NCBI GenBank assembly: GCA_035574255.1
Contig: DATLYZ010000031.1
Span: 142,197-206,196 of the forward strand
From: Gemmatimonadales bacterium
GTDB taxonomy: Bacteria > Gemmatimonadota > Gemmatimonadetes > Gemmatimonadales > GWC2-71-9
Reading direction: 5' to 3'
Length of the DNA stretch: 64,000 nucleotides
In this document: in pieces, positions 53,443 to 62,698 of the stretch
Layout: every line of letters starts with the position of its first letter
Position numbering within the stretch: position 1 is the stretch's first letter
Translations under genes and position numbers: made by a program
The notes under the pieces: model-generated
The model's database searches: none
What the model saw: the letters and a program-made list of their open reading frames with translations, nothing else
What the model was told of the DNA's origin: nothing

Positions 53443-53955
53443 TCAGGCGTTGTCCACACCACTGAACGGGTGCTTGGCCGTCTTGGCGCCGGCCAGGACC
53501 GAGTCCACCGTGGGCAAGCCCTTGAGCGCGCGCTCGATCGCCTGCTTGGTGGCCTCGTAGTTGTACTGGAAGATCTTCTTGTTGTCCTCGGCCTGCCAGT
53601 GGATGAAGACCCCGACCAGGATGCACCAATCGTTGGCCTTGTCCTTGGGAATGATCCCGGACGCAACACTGTCCACCACGGCCCGGGCCACCGCGGCCTG
53701 GGCGGGGCCGAACATCTGCACCGCCTGCTTGGCGCCCTTGATGGTGACCTTGTTGAACAGGAGCGTGTCGGGTTTGGCCGGGAGGTTCGGCGTCACGACG
53801 GCGAGCAAGGTGGTGAAGCCGTCCTTGTTGTTGCTGAGGGCGTTGCAGAAGGCGGCGCCGGCATGGCCGCTCTTGCTGCCGATGATCAGATCCACGTGGG
53901 CAACCTCGTTGCCCTCGCCGACCAGCGACTCGCCGATGAAAAAGTCCGCTGCCAT
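53443..53955 (-). CDS. fae: Formaldehyde-activating enzyme
   Basis: 170 aa. ..[20 protein letters not shown].. ..[25 protein letters not shown]...[10 protein letters not shown].. ..VGVFIHW.A.D..KI..YNYEATK... GGAGGG Shine-Dalgarno before the ATG at 53955. Confidence 0.93.
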   Translation of the reverse strand: MAADFFIGESLVGEGNEVAHVDLIIGSKSGHAGAAFCNALSNNKDGFTTLLAVVTPNLPAKPDTLLFNKVTIKGAKQAVQMFGPAQAAVARAVVDSVASGIIPKDKANDWCILVGVFIHWQAEDNKKIFQYNYEATKQAIERALKGLPTVDSVLAGAKTAKHPFSGVDNA

Positions 53956-54274
53956 GCTACCCTCCGTCGGGGATTTGAAGAAGGAAAGAATCTGGCGCCA
54001 CATAGACATAGTGGTATCCACGGGCGTGGGGGAATCCGAAGTGCGAGCTGGCGCGGCGCCTGGCGGGGATCGGACCGCGCTCGCAGGGGAGCCAAGTATG
54101 TCGGCCGCTTCGAATGGTGTCAAGGTCGAGCACAGCCGCCCCGGCATGTTTATGCACCCTTCACTCGAGGCGGCCGCCGGTTGGGACAGTCGGCCGGTCG
54201 AGCGTCATCTCCGGGGGACAGCACCGGCGGAGCCCTCGTAGGCTAAGTGGTCATGTTGCCGTGGGTTAGCGATC

Positions 54275-54290
54275 TGGCACGTGCCTGGCT
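54275..54290 (+). promoter_or_regulatory. Sigma-54-like -24/-12 element (or 10-bp palindrome operator)
   Basis: TGGCAC-GTGCC-TGGCT versus consensus TGGCAC-N5-TTGCW (one mismatch), 35 nt upstream of the ATG at 54325. It also contains the palindrome GGCACGTGCC. Confidence 0.3.
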
Positions 54291-54324
54291 CGGTCCGGTG
54301 TTCGACGCCGTCCCGGAGGACCGC

Positions 54325-54732
54325 ATGAAGGCTCCGCTCCCCTGGCTCTTCGCCACGCTCGCCCTGGCCGCGTTCCCGGCAGGCGGCGCGGCCCAGCGCG
54401 TGAGCGTGGACGTCGGGATCCGGCAGGGTCCGCTTTACGGCCGGATCGTCGTCGGCCACCCCTACTTCCACGACCGGCCCTACTATGTGGCGCACCCGTA
54501 CTACCACCCGCGGGTCGTGATCGTAGAGCCCCGGGTGATCGTGGTGAAGACCTTCCACCGGGGGCACGGCTGGTACCGCCACCACGGGTACCGGCGCGTG
54601 ACGGTCTGGTACGACCGGGATCGGGACCGCTGGTACGATCGCTACGATGGGCGTTCCCCCGGTCTGCGCGAAGTCGTGGTTTACGAGCGCGAGGGCCGCT
54701 ACTACTGGCCGGGCGAGGAGGGCGACGACTAG
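54325..54732 (+). CDS. Small secreted His/Tyr/Arg-rich protein, unknown function
   Basis: Signal peptide MKAPLPWLFATLALAAFPAGGAAQ. The mature part is rich in H, Y, R and D (..GHPYFHDRPYYVAHPYYHPR.. ..HRGHGWYRHHGYRR.. ..YDRDRDRWYDRYDGR..). Confidence 0.6.
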   Translation: MKAPLPWLFATLALAAFPAGGAAQRVSVDVGIRQGPLYGRIVVGHPYFHDRPYYVAHPYYHPRVVIVEPRVIVVKTFHRGHGWYRHHGYRRVTVWYDRDRDRWYDRYDGRSPGLREVVVYEREGRYYWPGEEGDD

Positions 54733-54923
54733 CCCGGCCCGGCCTGGCGCCGAGGCCGCGCCTCACGCATGGAGCCAGTCGCCTCCCTCCTATGGCCTCT
54801 CAGTACCGGCGGCTGGCTCAGCAGGGCCCGGGCTCCCCGCCCGGGACCGACGGCAACCCCGCGACGAGCGGGGTTGTTTGTTGCGGGACGGGCCTTCCTG
54901 TGACCTCCGTCGCCAGCCCGCGG

Positions 54924-57431
54924 TCAGGACTCACCGATCGCGGATTCGCCGGGCGGCGACCGGCTCAGCGCCTCGCTCACGCGGCGAACCAGCTCTGCCG
55001 GCGTCCAGGGCTTGCGAAGGAACCTGAACCCGGTCAGGTCGCCACCGGTCGCACCCTCGCGGCTCAGGGGATACCCGCTGGTGAAGAGGAAGGGGAGGGA
55101 GTGCCAGCCGGCCTCGCGGGCGCGCTCATGGAGTTCGATCCCGCCCATGCGGGGCATGACCACGTCGGTCAGGACGAGGTGGATCTCCTCTCCCCGGTGG
55201 CGGAGCAGCTCCAGCGCCTCGACGCCGTCGCCGGCCGGAACCACCGTGAACCCGGCCCGTTCCAGGGTCCGGCAGGCGGTGCGGCGCACCGCGTCCTCGT
55301 CCTCCACCACGAGTACGGTACCGCGCCCCCGGTCCACTCCCGGGGCCGGTGGTTCGGAGGCCGCCGGGATGGTCTCCGGTGCGGGGGGAAAATACAGGGT
55401 GAAGGTCGTGCCCCTCCCGGGCGTGCTCTCCACCTCGACGAAACCGCGATGCTGCTTCATCAGGCCGTACACCATGGCGAGCCCGAGGCCGGTCCCCTGT
55501 CCCGGCGGCTTGGTGGTGAAGAACGGCTCGAAGACGCGCGCCCGTGTCTCCGCATCCATGCCGGAGCCGGTATCCTGGACCGTGATGGTGACATACCGGC
55601 CGGGGGCCAGCCAGGGGTGGGTCCGGTTCTCGGCGGCCCGCTCTTTGACCTGGGTTTGGGCGATGCGAAACGTCAGGCTCCCGCCCCGGGGCATGGCGTC
55701 GCGGGCGTTGGTGGCCAGGTTGAGCAGGATTTGCTGGACGGCCACCGGGTCGGCGTGAAGACTCTCGCCTCCCTCCCCGCCTTCGAGACGTACCTCGATG
55801 GTGGCGGGCAGCAGGTGCCGCAGGATGCCGATCGTCTCGCTCACCACCCGCCGCGCTTCGACCCGCTGGAGGGTGAGGGTCTCGCGCCGGGCGAACGCGA
55901 GGAGCTTGCGAACCATTTCCGCAGCCCGCCGCGCGGCCTGCCGGAGGTCGTCCAGGTCGCCGTGCAGCAGCGGCTGATCGGGCGGCATCTGGGTGGCCAG
56001 CAGTTCCGCGTTGCCCAGGATGGCCGTGAGCAGATTGTTGAGATCGTGAGCGATGCCGCCTGTCAGGCGGCCCACGGCTTCCATCTTCTGAGCCTGGCGC
56101 AGTTGCTCCTCGAGCACGCGCTGCTGGGTCACGTCTTCCACGACGAGATGCAACGAGTCGGGCTCCCCGCCGGGCCCGGGTACCCAGCGCCCGCTCATCC
56201 GGATCCTGAGCGGCCGGCCGTCGCGCCGCTTCCACACCTGCTCGACGCCGTCGAAGTGCCCGCTCCCCGCGAACTCGGCGAGCGGGGACGCGCCCCCGGC
56301 CGGGTCGGTGCAGGCCTCCCGCCACAGATTGAAGCCCCGAAGCTCGTCGGGAGACTGGTACCCGAGCAGCCGGGCCAGCGCCGGGTTGGCGGCCTCGATC
56401 TCACCGGTGGAGGCAACTCGGGCGATTCCGTGGGTGGCATCTTCCACCAGAGCGCGGTACCGTGCCTCGGACTCGCGCAGGGCCGCTTCCGATTCGCGGG
56501 CCCGGGCGGCGAGCCGCCACGAGAGCCAGCCGCCGGTTCCGACCAGGAGGACCGCCGTGCCAATCAAGGAGAGGAGGAGGGTCCGCTTGATCCAGCGTGC
56601 CCCGGCGCCGAGGACCAGGGAGAACCGGTCCTCCAGGGGTCGCAATGCGGTGTTGATGCGGTCCACTTCGGCCAGCCAGGCCGCCACGCGGTCGGGATCG
56701 CGCGCGCCTTGCAGCTCGACCCGCAGCGATTCCGCGGCGGCCGTGAGGCGGGCGATGTAGGCGTCGGCGTCGCGCCAGATCGCGATCGCGTCGCGCATGT
56801 AAGGCGCCCAGGCGAAGCGGCGATAGAGGTTCGCGAGCCCTTCGATATCCCGGGGGTGATTGCCGCCGGCCAGAAAGCCTTCGTACACGGCGTCCCAGTC
56901 GGGATCGGGGCGTTCCAGCTCGAGGCGGGCGCGGCGATCGCCGAGGGGGACGGCGATCGCCTCGCGATAGGCGTCCCAGTCGGCCTCCCGGCCGGTCCGG
57001 GCGTAACGCTGGAGGTGGAAGACGGCGTCCTTCTGGGCCTTCGACCAGAGACCTTCGCCGCCCACGTAGGCCCGGGCGGCCGAGACGGTCTCCAGGCCGA
57101 AGCCGGCCAGGGAGACCACACCCACCACCACGGCGAGGCTGAGCCCCGCGATGATGAGCCGCGGCCGATCGAGGGCGGCGGCCAGTCGTCGGGCCAGGGG
57201 GCGGGACGCCGGGGGCGTTGGAGTCACGGGGCCGGCTGTGTCAGGCTCCCGGCAAGATACGCCAGCGGGCCGGGCTGTTCCAGCAGGACGGCTCGCCGCC
57301 TGCCCAGGGTGCGCGGCGTGACGAGATGCGAGAGGTGGATCCGGAAGAGACGGTGCCAGAACAGCTCCGTGCCGACTCGGAGCGCCAGCCGGCCGTCGAG
57401 GCGGGCAACGGAGCTTCGGCGACTCGGCCAA
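54924..57431 (-). CDS. Hybrid sensor histidine kinase (TM sensor - PAS - HisKA - HATPase - receiver)
   Basis: H-box GGIAHDLNNLLTAI, N-box NLATNARDAM, G-boxes DTGSGM and GTGLGLAMV. C-terminal receiver VLVVEDED..LVLTDVVMPRMGG. The 5' end is uncertain. Confidence 0.85.
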   Translation of the reverse strand: MAESPKLRCPPRRPAGAPSRHGAVLAPSLPDPPLASRHAAHPGQAASRPAGTARPAGVSCREPDTAGPVTPTPPASRPLARRLAAALDRPRLIIAGLSLAVVVGVVSLAGFGLETVSAARAYVGGEGLWSKAQKDAVFHLQRYARTGREADWDAYREAIAVPLGDRRARLELERPDPDWDAVYEGFLAGGNHPRDIEGLANLYRRFAWAPYMRDAIAIWRDADAYIARLTAAAESLRVELQGARDPDRVAAWLAEVDRINTALRPLEDRFSLVLGAGARWIKRTLLLSLIGTAVLLVGTGGWLSWRLAARARESEAALRESEARYRALVEDATHGIARVASTGEIEAANPALARLLGYQSPDELRGFNLWREACTDPAGGASPLAEFAGSGHFDGVEQVWKRRDGRPLRIRMSGRWVPGPGGEPDSLHLVVEDVTQQRVLEEQLRQAQKMEAVGRLTGGIAHDLNNLLTAILGNAELLATQMPPDQPLLHGDLDDLRQAARRAAEMVRKLLAFARRETLTLQRVEARRVVSETIGILRHLLPATIEVRLEGGEGGESLHADPVAVQQILLNLATNARDAMPRGGSLTFRIAQTQVKERAAENRTHPWLAPGRYVTITVQDTGSGMDAETRARVFEPFFTTKPPGQGTGLGLAMVYGLMKQHRGFVEVESTPGRGTTFTLYFPPAPETIPAASEPPAPGVDRGRGTVLVVEDEDAVRRTACRTLERAGFTVVPAGDGVEALELLRHRGEEIHLVLTDVVMPRMGGIELHERAREAGWHSLPFLFTSGYPLSREGATGGDLTGFRFLRKPWTPAELVRRVSEALSRSPPGESAIGES

Positions 57432-57530
57432 GGCCCGGGGGCGGAAGGGTGGGCGTGTCGGCCAGGGCCGTCAGGCAGCGCCGGCGCCGGCGCCCGGCGG
57501 CTCGCGAGGAAGCGGGCGGGTACCGCCGGG

Positions 57531-60077
57531 CTACCGGAGCACCACCTCCAACCCGCTCACCGTAGCCCCCGCTTCGTCCGGGAGCATCGTAAACCGCACG
57601 GTGTCGGCCCGCGCGCCGAGCACGTCGAGACAGCCCCGGTCCACCGCCAGTTCCCAGGCCCCGGGGCGCACCCCCATGGCGTAGAAGGTCCCGTCGCTGA
57701 ACGTGGTGAGCGTCCGGGTCTCGCCGGTGGCCTGCTCGGTGAGGACCAGCACCACGCCGCCCGGCGCCGCTCCCCCGGTCGCGGCGCGCACCACGCGCCC
57801 CTCGATCACGCCACCCGGGGCGAGCGGGATGTCGAGTTCGCGGTAGCGGTTGGGTGACGGCTCCACGCTCGCGGTCGCGAAGGCGGGGACCCAGAGCGGA
57901 GACCGCACGCTGGTCGAGTCCACCGTCACCAGGGCGGGTTCGAAAGGCACCAGGTCCCACACCCGATAGACACCAGCCGAGTCGCTGAGACTCCAGGTCT
58001 GCCCCACCACGACGCGCACGTCCGGCACCGGCCGATCGCCGGTGTCGAAGCGGCCGTTGGCGTTGAGATCGAGGTAGACACGCCCCGCAACCCCGCCGCG
58101 CTCGAGCGAGGGTCCGTGCGCGAGGTTCACGCTGCGCCGGGCCGGGTCGTAGATCACGGAGCCCTGCACATACTGCGTGCCGCTGGCCGGCATGCCGCCG
58201 CCCGCGCTCACCGTCGTATAGGAGCGGACGGTGGGCAGCTCGGCGGCCAGCAGGAACGTCAGGCCGGCCCCGCGCATCCCCCGGCTCCAGCTCGCCCCCG
58301 CCTCGGCGCGAAGCCCGCGGGTGAGGGGGAGGCCCGCGAAGGCCGAGGTGCTGGCGAGGCCGGTCCCGTCCTCGAGCTCGAGCGTGGTCCGAAACGTCAT
58401 CCGCCCGAGCACGGGTCCGAGACCGGCGCGCGGGAGGACGAACGTGTTCAGGCCGTAGAAGAGTCGGGTACCGCCGCCGCTCGCGGGCCGGTCCGCTTGA
58501 AACCGGACCGAGGGAATGAAGCGGACCTCCCTCGTCTGGAAGGAGAGGCCGAACCGGCCGCTGGTGAGGTCACCCGAGCGGGCGGCGATCCGGTCCAGAC
58601 CGGCTTCCACGAAGGTCCCGGTCCACCGCCGGACCGGCCGCGCGAATCCCGAAACGGTCCACTGGCTTCGGCGCCCGTCCACGGTGAGGAGTGGTGCCTC
58701 GGTCCCCCGGGCGAAGCGATTGACCTCCGCCGAGAGCAGGAGGTCCACGCTGGGCTCGAACTGGAGCGCCCCGCGGAGCACAGCGCCCCCCACCGCGTCG
58801 GCCTCGAGGGTCACACTGTTGCCCAGCGCGCCGCTCACCCCGAGATAGGGATGGGTGAGGTCCGCCAGGGTGTCCCGCCAGAACCGATCCACCCCGGCCC
58901 GGAGGGTCCAGCGGGTGTCGAGGCCGTAGCGGAGGTCGAGATTGCCCGTGGCTTGGCATGCCTCGTTACGACACTGGCCGGCCGCGAGGCCGTACTCGAG
59001 GCGCCGCGCCGGAAGGCCGTCCGGCCGCACCCGGTAGGTCCGGTTGAACTCTCGAACCTCGCCGAATGGGCCGTAGGCGACGAACTCCACCGGGTTCTCG
59101 CCGTACTGGACCGGCACATCGAAGGCGAATTCGCCCAGTGCGTTCACCGAGTCGAAGCCGATGAGCCGCCCGCCGCGCCAGGCCTCGACCGTCCACCCCG
59201 GTCCCAGCCGCCCGCCGAAGGGGACCGCGCCGACCCAGGCCGGGCGCACGTAGGGGCTGTTGCTCAGGGAGAAGCCACGGAGCGCTCGTACCCGCGGGCC
59301 GGTGGCGAACCCGTCGCCTAACCGAAGCTGGGTGAAACGAGGATCCTCGCGCCAGATCCCGGTCCAGGACACGTCGGTCCGGGGCCCCCGGCCCGCCCCC
59401 TGGCTCTGGAGCCCGGCGGCGAAGGCCCCGCCCAGGAGATCGAGCCCGAGCGCGGTGGCGTAGGTGGCGCCCTCGAGCGGCTCGCCGGAGGGCGCGAGCA
59501 GCGTGTAATCGAACACGACCCCGTCCAGGCGCGGCCGTTCCAGGGCGAGGCGGAGGCCGGTGGGAACGTCGGGCACCGCACTGGCGGCCAGCCGACTCCG
59601 GAGCGTCGCCTCGCGGCGAAGGCGCCGGGCGATGGGGAGCGAACCGGGTTCGAGGACCACGAGCTGGAGATCGGGCCAGCTCACCGCCCATTCGAGGTCG
59701 AGGAGCTCGCCCAGCACGTGTGAGGCGAGGTAGATTTCGCCGTCGGCCACCAGCAGCTCGCCGGGCCCCAGCGCCCGGCGCTCCCTGCCCAGCCGGACCG
59801 CGCGCGAGGTCGTATCAACGACGAGGCGAATGTTGCCGGGTTGCACCAGGGTTTCGAGCGCCCCGTCCGCCCGGCGGGCCACGCGCATCTCCGCCAGGTC
59901 GAAGAAGTTGCGGAGCGGGACCAGGGCCGTATCACCGATCCGGTAGGCGGGTACGGTCCGTGCGACAAGCCGTCCCAAACCGAGTTCCACCAGGATCGGC
60001 TCCGGGGCCTGCGCTGCCAGGATCGCCGCCTTCGCGGCGAGAAGCACCGTGACGAGGAGCAGCCGGCCCGCATTCAT
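57531..60077 (-). CDS. Large outer-membrane protein, usher-like (putative pilus assembly platform)
   Basis: Signal peptide, an N-terminal soluble domain of about 130 aa, about 450 aa of alternating beta-strand-like sequence, and C-terminal Ig/carboxypeptidase-regulatory-like domains (..GRVYLDLNANGRFD.. ..IEGRVV..). ATGA overlap with the chaperone-like gene. The function is inferred from architecture and context. Confidence 0.5.
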   Translation of the reverse strand: MNAGRLLLVTVLLAAKAAILAAQAPEPILVELGLGRLVARTVPAYRIGDTALVPLRNFFDLAEMRVARRADGALETLVQPGNIRLVVDTTSRAVRLGRERRALGPGELLVADGEIYLASHVLGELLDLEWAVSWPDLQLVVLEPGSLPIARRLRREATLRSRLAASAVPDVPTGLRLALERPRLDGVVFDYTLLAPSGEPLEGATYATALGLDLLGGAFAAGLQSQGAGRGPRTDVSWTGIWREDPRFTQLRLGDGFATGPRVRALRGFSLSNSPYVRPAWVGAVPFGGRLGPGWTVEAWRGGRLIGFDSVNALGEFAFDVPVQYGENPVEFVAYGPFGEVREFNRTYRVRPDGLPARRLEYGLAAGQCRNEACQATGNLDLRYGLDTRWTLRAGVDRFWRDTLADLTHPYLGVSGALGNSVTLEADAVGGAVLRGALQFEPSVDLLLSAEVNRFARGTEAPLLTVDGRRSQWTVSGFARPVRRWTGTFVEAGLDRIAARSGDLTSGRFGLSFQTREVRFIPSVRFQADRPASGGGTRLFYGLNTFVLPRAGLGPVLGRMTFRTTLELEDGTGLASTSAFAGLPLTRGLRAEAGASWSRGMRGAGLTFLLAAELPTVRSYTTVSAGGGMPASGTQYVQGSVIYDPARRSVNLAHGPSLERGGVAGRVYLDLNANGRFDTGDRPVPDVRVVVGQTWSLSDSAGVYRVWDLVPFEPALVTVDSTSVRSPLWVPAFATASVEPSPNRYRELDIPLAPGGVIEGRVVRAATGGAAPGGVVLVLTEQATGETRTLTTFSDGTFYAMGVRPGAWELAVDRGCLDVLGARADTVRFTMLPDEAGATVSGLEVVLR

Positions 60078-60901
60078 GGCAGCGTCACCGTCACCGAGTC
60101 TCGGACCGGCGGCGAGCGGAGCAGGAGCTTGGGATCGAGGTCCTGTCGCTCGCTGGTGAACTCGAGCCGCAGGCCGTAGGTGCCGGCCGGAAGGCCGCGC
60201 ACCGGTAGCGTGAAACGGGGTTCGGCGTGGTAATAGACCGCGATCGGCTCCTCGAACCGCGCCACCACGCGATCGCGCGGATCGGTGAGCGCCCCGCGCG
60301 CGGTCCCGATGTAGGCGGCCCGGCCGGTCCGCTCGAGATGGGGCCGCATGACGAGGGAGTCACCCGCGAGCTCGGTCTCGAGGCCCGCGATCCGGAGGCC
60401 GGTCTCGAGCACCCCCTTGCGATAGGTGACCGGGATGATGGTCCGCAGTTCGAGGGAGAGCCCGATGGTGATCGTTCCGGTGTCGGCGCCCGTCACGGGC
60501 ACGCTGCCGCCGCGGGCGGTCACCACGAGCCGGGCCCAGTATTCTCCGTCGGCGAGCCCGGCCGGCGGGCGGGCCAGCAGGCGGACCGTCTGGCGCGTGA
60601 GCGGGGGCAGCGTCATGCGCCGGGGAAACGCCTCGATGAACCCCGCGGCGGACGGCATGGTGTCGTCCACCGGCTCGGGGGTGGCGAGCGCGAAGTCCCC
60701 CAGGCTGTCGGTGACGGCGTAGCCGTAGAGGAACCCCAGGCTCACCTCCACCGGATCGGCGCCCGGGTTGTAGAGCGTCACGGCGCCGCTCCGGGTGCGA
60801 TGGTCGAGATAGATCGCGTGCGGCGCCACCACCACCCCCTGGGCCGCGGCCGCGCCGCCGAGCCCGCCCGCGAGGAAGGCCGTCAGGGCGATGGCACGCA
60901 T
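60074..60901 (-). CDS. PapD-like periplasmic pilus chaperone candidate
   Basis: Signal peptide, then ..VVVAPHAIYLDHRTRSGAVTLYNPGADPVEVSL.. (resembles the chaperone first-strand motif) and two Ig-like halves. Only the last 275 codons of ORF 60074..61420 are used. Confidence 0.5.
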   Translation of the reverse strand: MRAIALTAFLAGGLGGAAAAQGVVVAPHAIYLDHRTRSGAVTLYNPGADPVEVSLGFLYGYAVTDSLGDFALATPEPVDDTMPSAAGFIEAFPRRMTLPPLTRQTVRLLARPPAGLADGEYWARLVVTARGGSVPVTGADTGTITIGLSLELRTIIPVTYRKGVLETGLRIAGLETELAGDSLVMRPHLERTGRAAYIGTARGALTDPRDRVVARFEEPIAVYYHAEPRFTLPVRGLPAGTYGLRLEFTSERQDLDPKLLLRSPPVRDSVTVTLP

Positions 60902-61359
60902 CAGAAGAAGGTGCAGGTGAGGACGATGGTGCCGGCGTAGCTGCCGGTGGCCTGGATGGCGGACGGCGAGACGCGCCCACCCAGCCAGACGTTGAAATCC
61001 GGGCTCGTGACCAGCCGGAAGTTCGTTACGGCGTTGGGATTGAAGGTGACCGGCACGCTGGCGGGCGAGGTGGCCCGGGCGATGCCGTCGTTGTTCCGGA
61101 AGCCGATGGGCATCGTGGCCCCGCCGCCGATGCGGTTGAGCACGGTGGGGAGGGTGAAGCGCAGCTGCACCCGCCCGCCGATGACGTAGCGCACGTAGAA
61201 CTGCCCGCTCCGGATCGGGTCCGAGGGCGGCACCGTGGTCTGGACCCCGCGGACCACAAAGCCGAAGTTGAGGTCCCGCACCCCGGTCACCGTCTGGGCC
61301 ACGAGCGGCGAAGCGGGCAGGAGAAGGACCAGGCCGAGCAGGGCGCTGCATCGGGACAT
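60901..61359 (-). CDS. DUF4402/spore-coat-U-like secreted fimbrial subunit candidate
   Basis: Signal peptide. ..VRDLNFGFV.. near the N-terminus, about 130 aa mature beta-rich protein, C-terminal ..GSYAGTIVLTCTFF. Confidence 0.6.
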   Translation of the reverse strand: MSRCSALLGLVLLLPASPLVAQTVTGVRDLNFGFVVRGVQTTVPPSDPIRSGQFYVRYVIGGRVQLRFTLPTVLNRIGGGATMPIGFRNNDGIARATSPASVPVTFNPNAVTNFRLVTSPDFNVWLGGRVSPSAIQATGSYAGTIVLTCTFF

Positions 61360-61433
61360 CGGGAGCTCCGGGGGTGGCTCGCGGGCCGTTCAAGTTAGCG
61401 CCCGCGAGCCGCCCGGACACCCAGGTGGCAGGC

Positions 61434-61934
61434 TCAGAAGTACGCGACCGAGAGCGTCACGGTCCCGGTGTAGTTCCCGGCCGCCTGCGCAGCGGCCGGC
61501 GACACCGTGGCGCCGACCCACACGAACAGGGCCCCCGCGCCGCTGAAACTGGCCGCGGTCGGCGCCCCCGAGGGCGTGAAGCTGGTGCAGCCCGCGGTGG
61601 AGTTGGTCGCGTTGTGGCAACCGGTCCAGGTGCCGATCGGCAGGTTGTTCGCGCCGTTCGTCAGGTTGGCCGGCAGGGTAAAGGTCAGGTTCACGTTCGC
61701 GCTCGCCTGCCCGGTGAGGTCGAAGCGACCGCTCGTCGGGTCGGCCACGGCGATCGTCTTGTTGACGCCGGGGAAGACGTTGCCGAAGTCCAGGTCGCGC
61801 GCGCCCGTGATCGTGATCGGCTGGAACACGTTGGCGAGCGCCTGGATGCTGGCACTCTGGGCCCGGAGGCCTCCAGGAGCGGCCAGGCTAATGATTCCAG
61901 CCAGACCGACCGAGAATAGAGATGACTTGCGCAT
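61434..61934 (-). CDS. DUF4402/spore-coat-U-like secreted fimbrial subunit candidate (paralogue)
   Basis: Signal peptide MRKSSLFSVGLAGIISLAAPGGLRAQ. ..ARDLDFGNVFPG.. and C-terminal ..GNYTGTVTLSVAYF. GGAGAGGAAGG Shine-Dalgarno before the ATG at 61934. Confidence 0.6.
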   Translation of the reverse strand: MRKSSLFSVGLAGIISLAAPGGLRAQSASIQALANVFQPITITGARDLDFGNVFPGVNKTIAVADPTSGRFDLTGQASANVNLTFTLPANLTNGANNLPIGTWTGCHNATNSTAGCTSFTPSGAPTAASFSGAGALFVWVGATVSPAAAQAAGNYTGTVTLSVAYF

Positions 61935-62186
61935 TGCCCTTCCTCTCCGTTGGTGTGGTTCGTGACCCGGACTGCATGCGGTACAACCGGGAGGTGCTAG
62001 CTCCCGGTGGGGCCGGAAGGGCAACAGGTGTGCCGCGTGTCTGGACAGCTTCTCGAATACGCGGCAAGTGATTGCCGGGACGTGACTTGGTGGTGTCTAG
62101 CTCCTGTACACCTTGAGTCTTTTCCTGGCCGACTGCTCCGGGCCGCCCGATCGGGGCGGCGCCGCGACCTAACCGGAAGCCCCACA

Positions 62187-62579
62187 ATGGGTTGGATCAG
62201 GTACCGGACCCCCTTGGCCCCTCGCCGCCTCCCCGCCGCGAGGCCAGGTACCCCAAGGCGGACTACGCTGGTCCGGCTCGGGCACCGCGCAGGCCGGGTG
62301 CTCGCCCTCGCCGCCGCGCTGGGTCTGCTTGCCGCCGGACGACTCCTGGCCCAGAGCCGGGGCAGTCTGCAAGCCTCCGCCAGGGTTCTCCCGACCCCGG
62401 CCAGGGTGGTCCTCGACCGTGCGATCGAGCAGGGGATCGCCCTGGCGCGCCGGTCCGACGGCCGCACCGGCCGGCTGGTGAGGGTCACCTGGGCCGCCGC
62501 TCGCATCGAGGCTGACCAGCGCGAGGTCGTCGGCCGGCGGGGGCGGCTCCTGGTGACGGTGAGCTACGTGAGGAACTAG
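62187..62579 (+). CDS. Hypothetical small protein with N-terminal hydrophobic segment
   Basis: ORF 62007..62579 trimmed to Met61. ..VLALAAALGLLAAGRLLAQ.. is signal-like. No family recognised. Confidence 0.35.
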   Translation: MGWIRYRTPLAPRRLPAARPGTPRRTTLVRLGHRAGRVLALAAALGLLAAGRLLAQSRGSLQASARVLPTPARVVLDRAIEQGIALARRSDGRTGRLVRVTWAAARIEADQREVVGRRGRLLVTVSYVRN

Positions 62580-62698
62580 GGCGCCCCTACCGCTCCACTG
62601 CCCGACGGCCTTACCGTCCCTCCGTGCACCCCGCGCGGAATCACCAGCTCCCCCCCGACCCCGAAGCCTTTCGCCGGGCCGCCCACCCTCATGGGCGG

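Noticed and set aside
54792-57857. 1021-aa plus-strand ORF, and similar long ORFs at 1394..2962, 4720..6324, 4718..6487, 7423..9111, 15371..17107, 37494..39317 and 40305..42353
   Set aside because: These are antisense or out-of-frame shadows of genes with clear family signatures. Their composition is dominated by Arg/Gly/Pro/Ala, as expected for non-coding frames in a roughly 70% GC genome. No motif was recognised in any of them.
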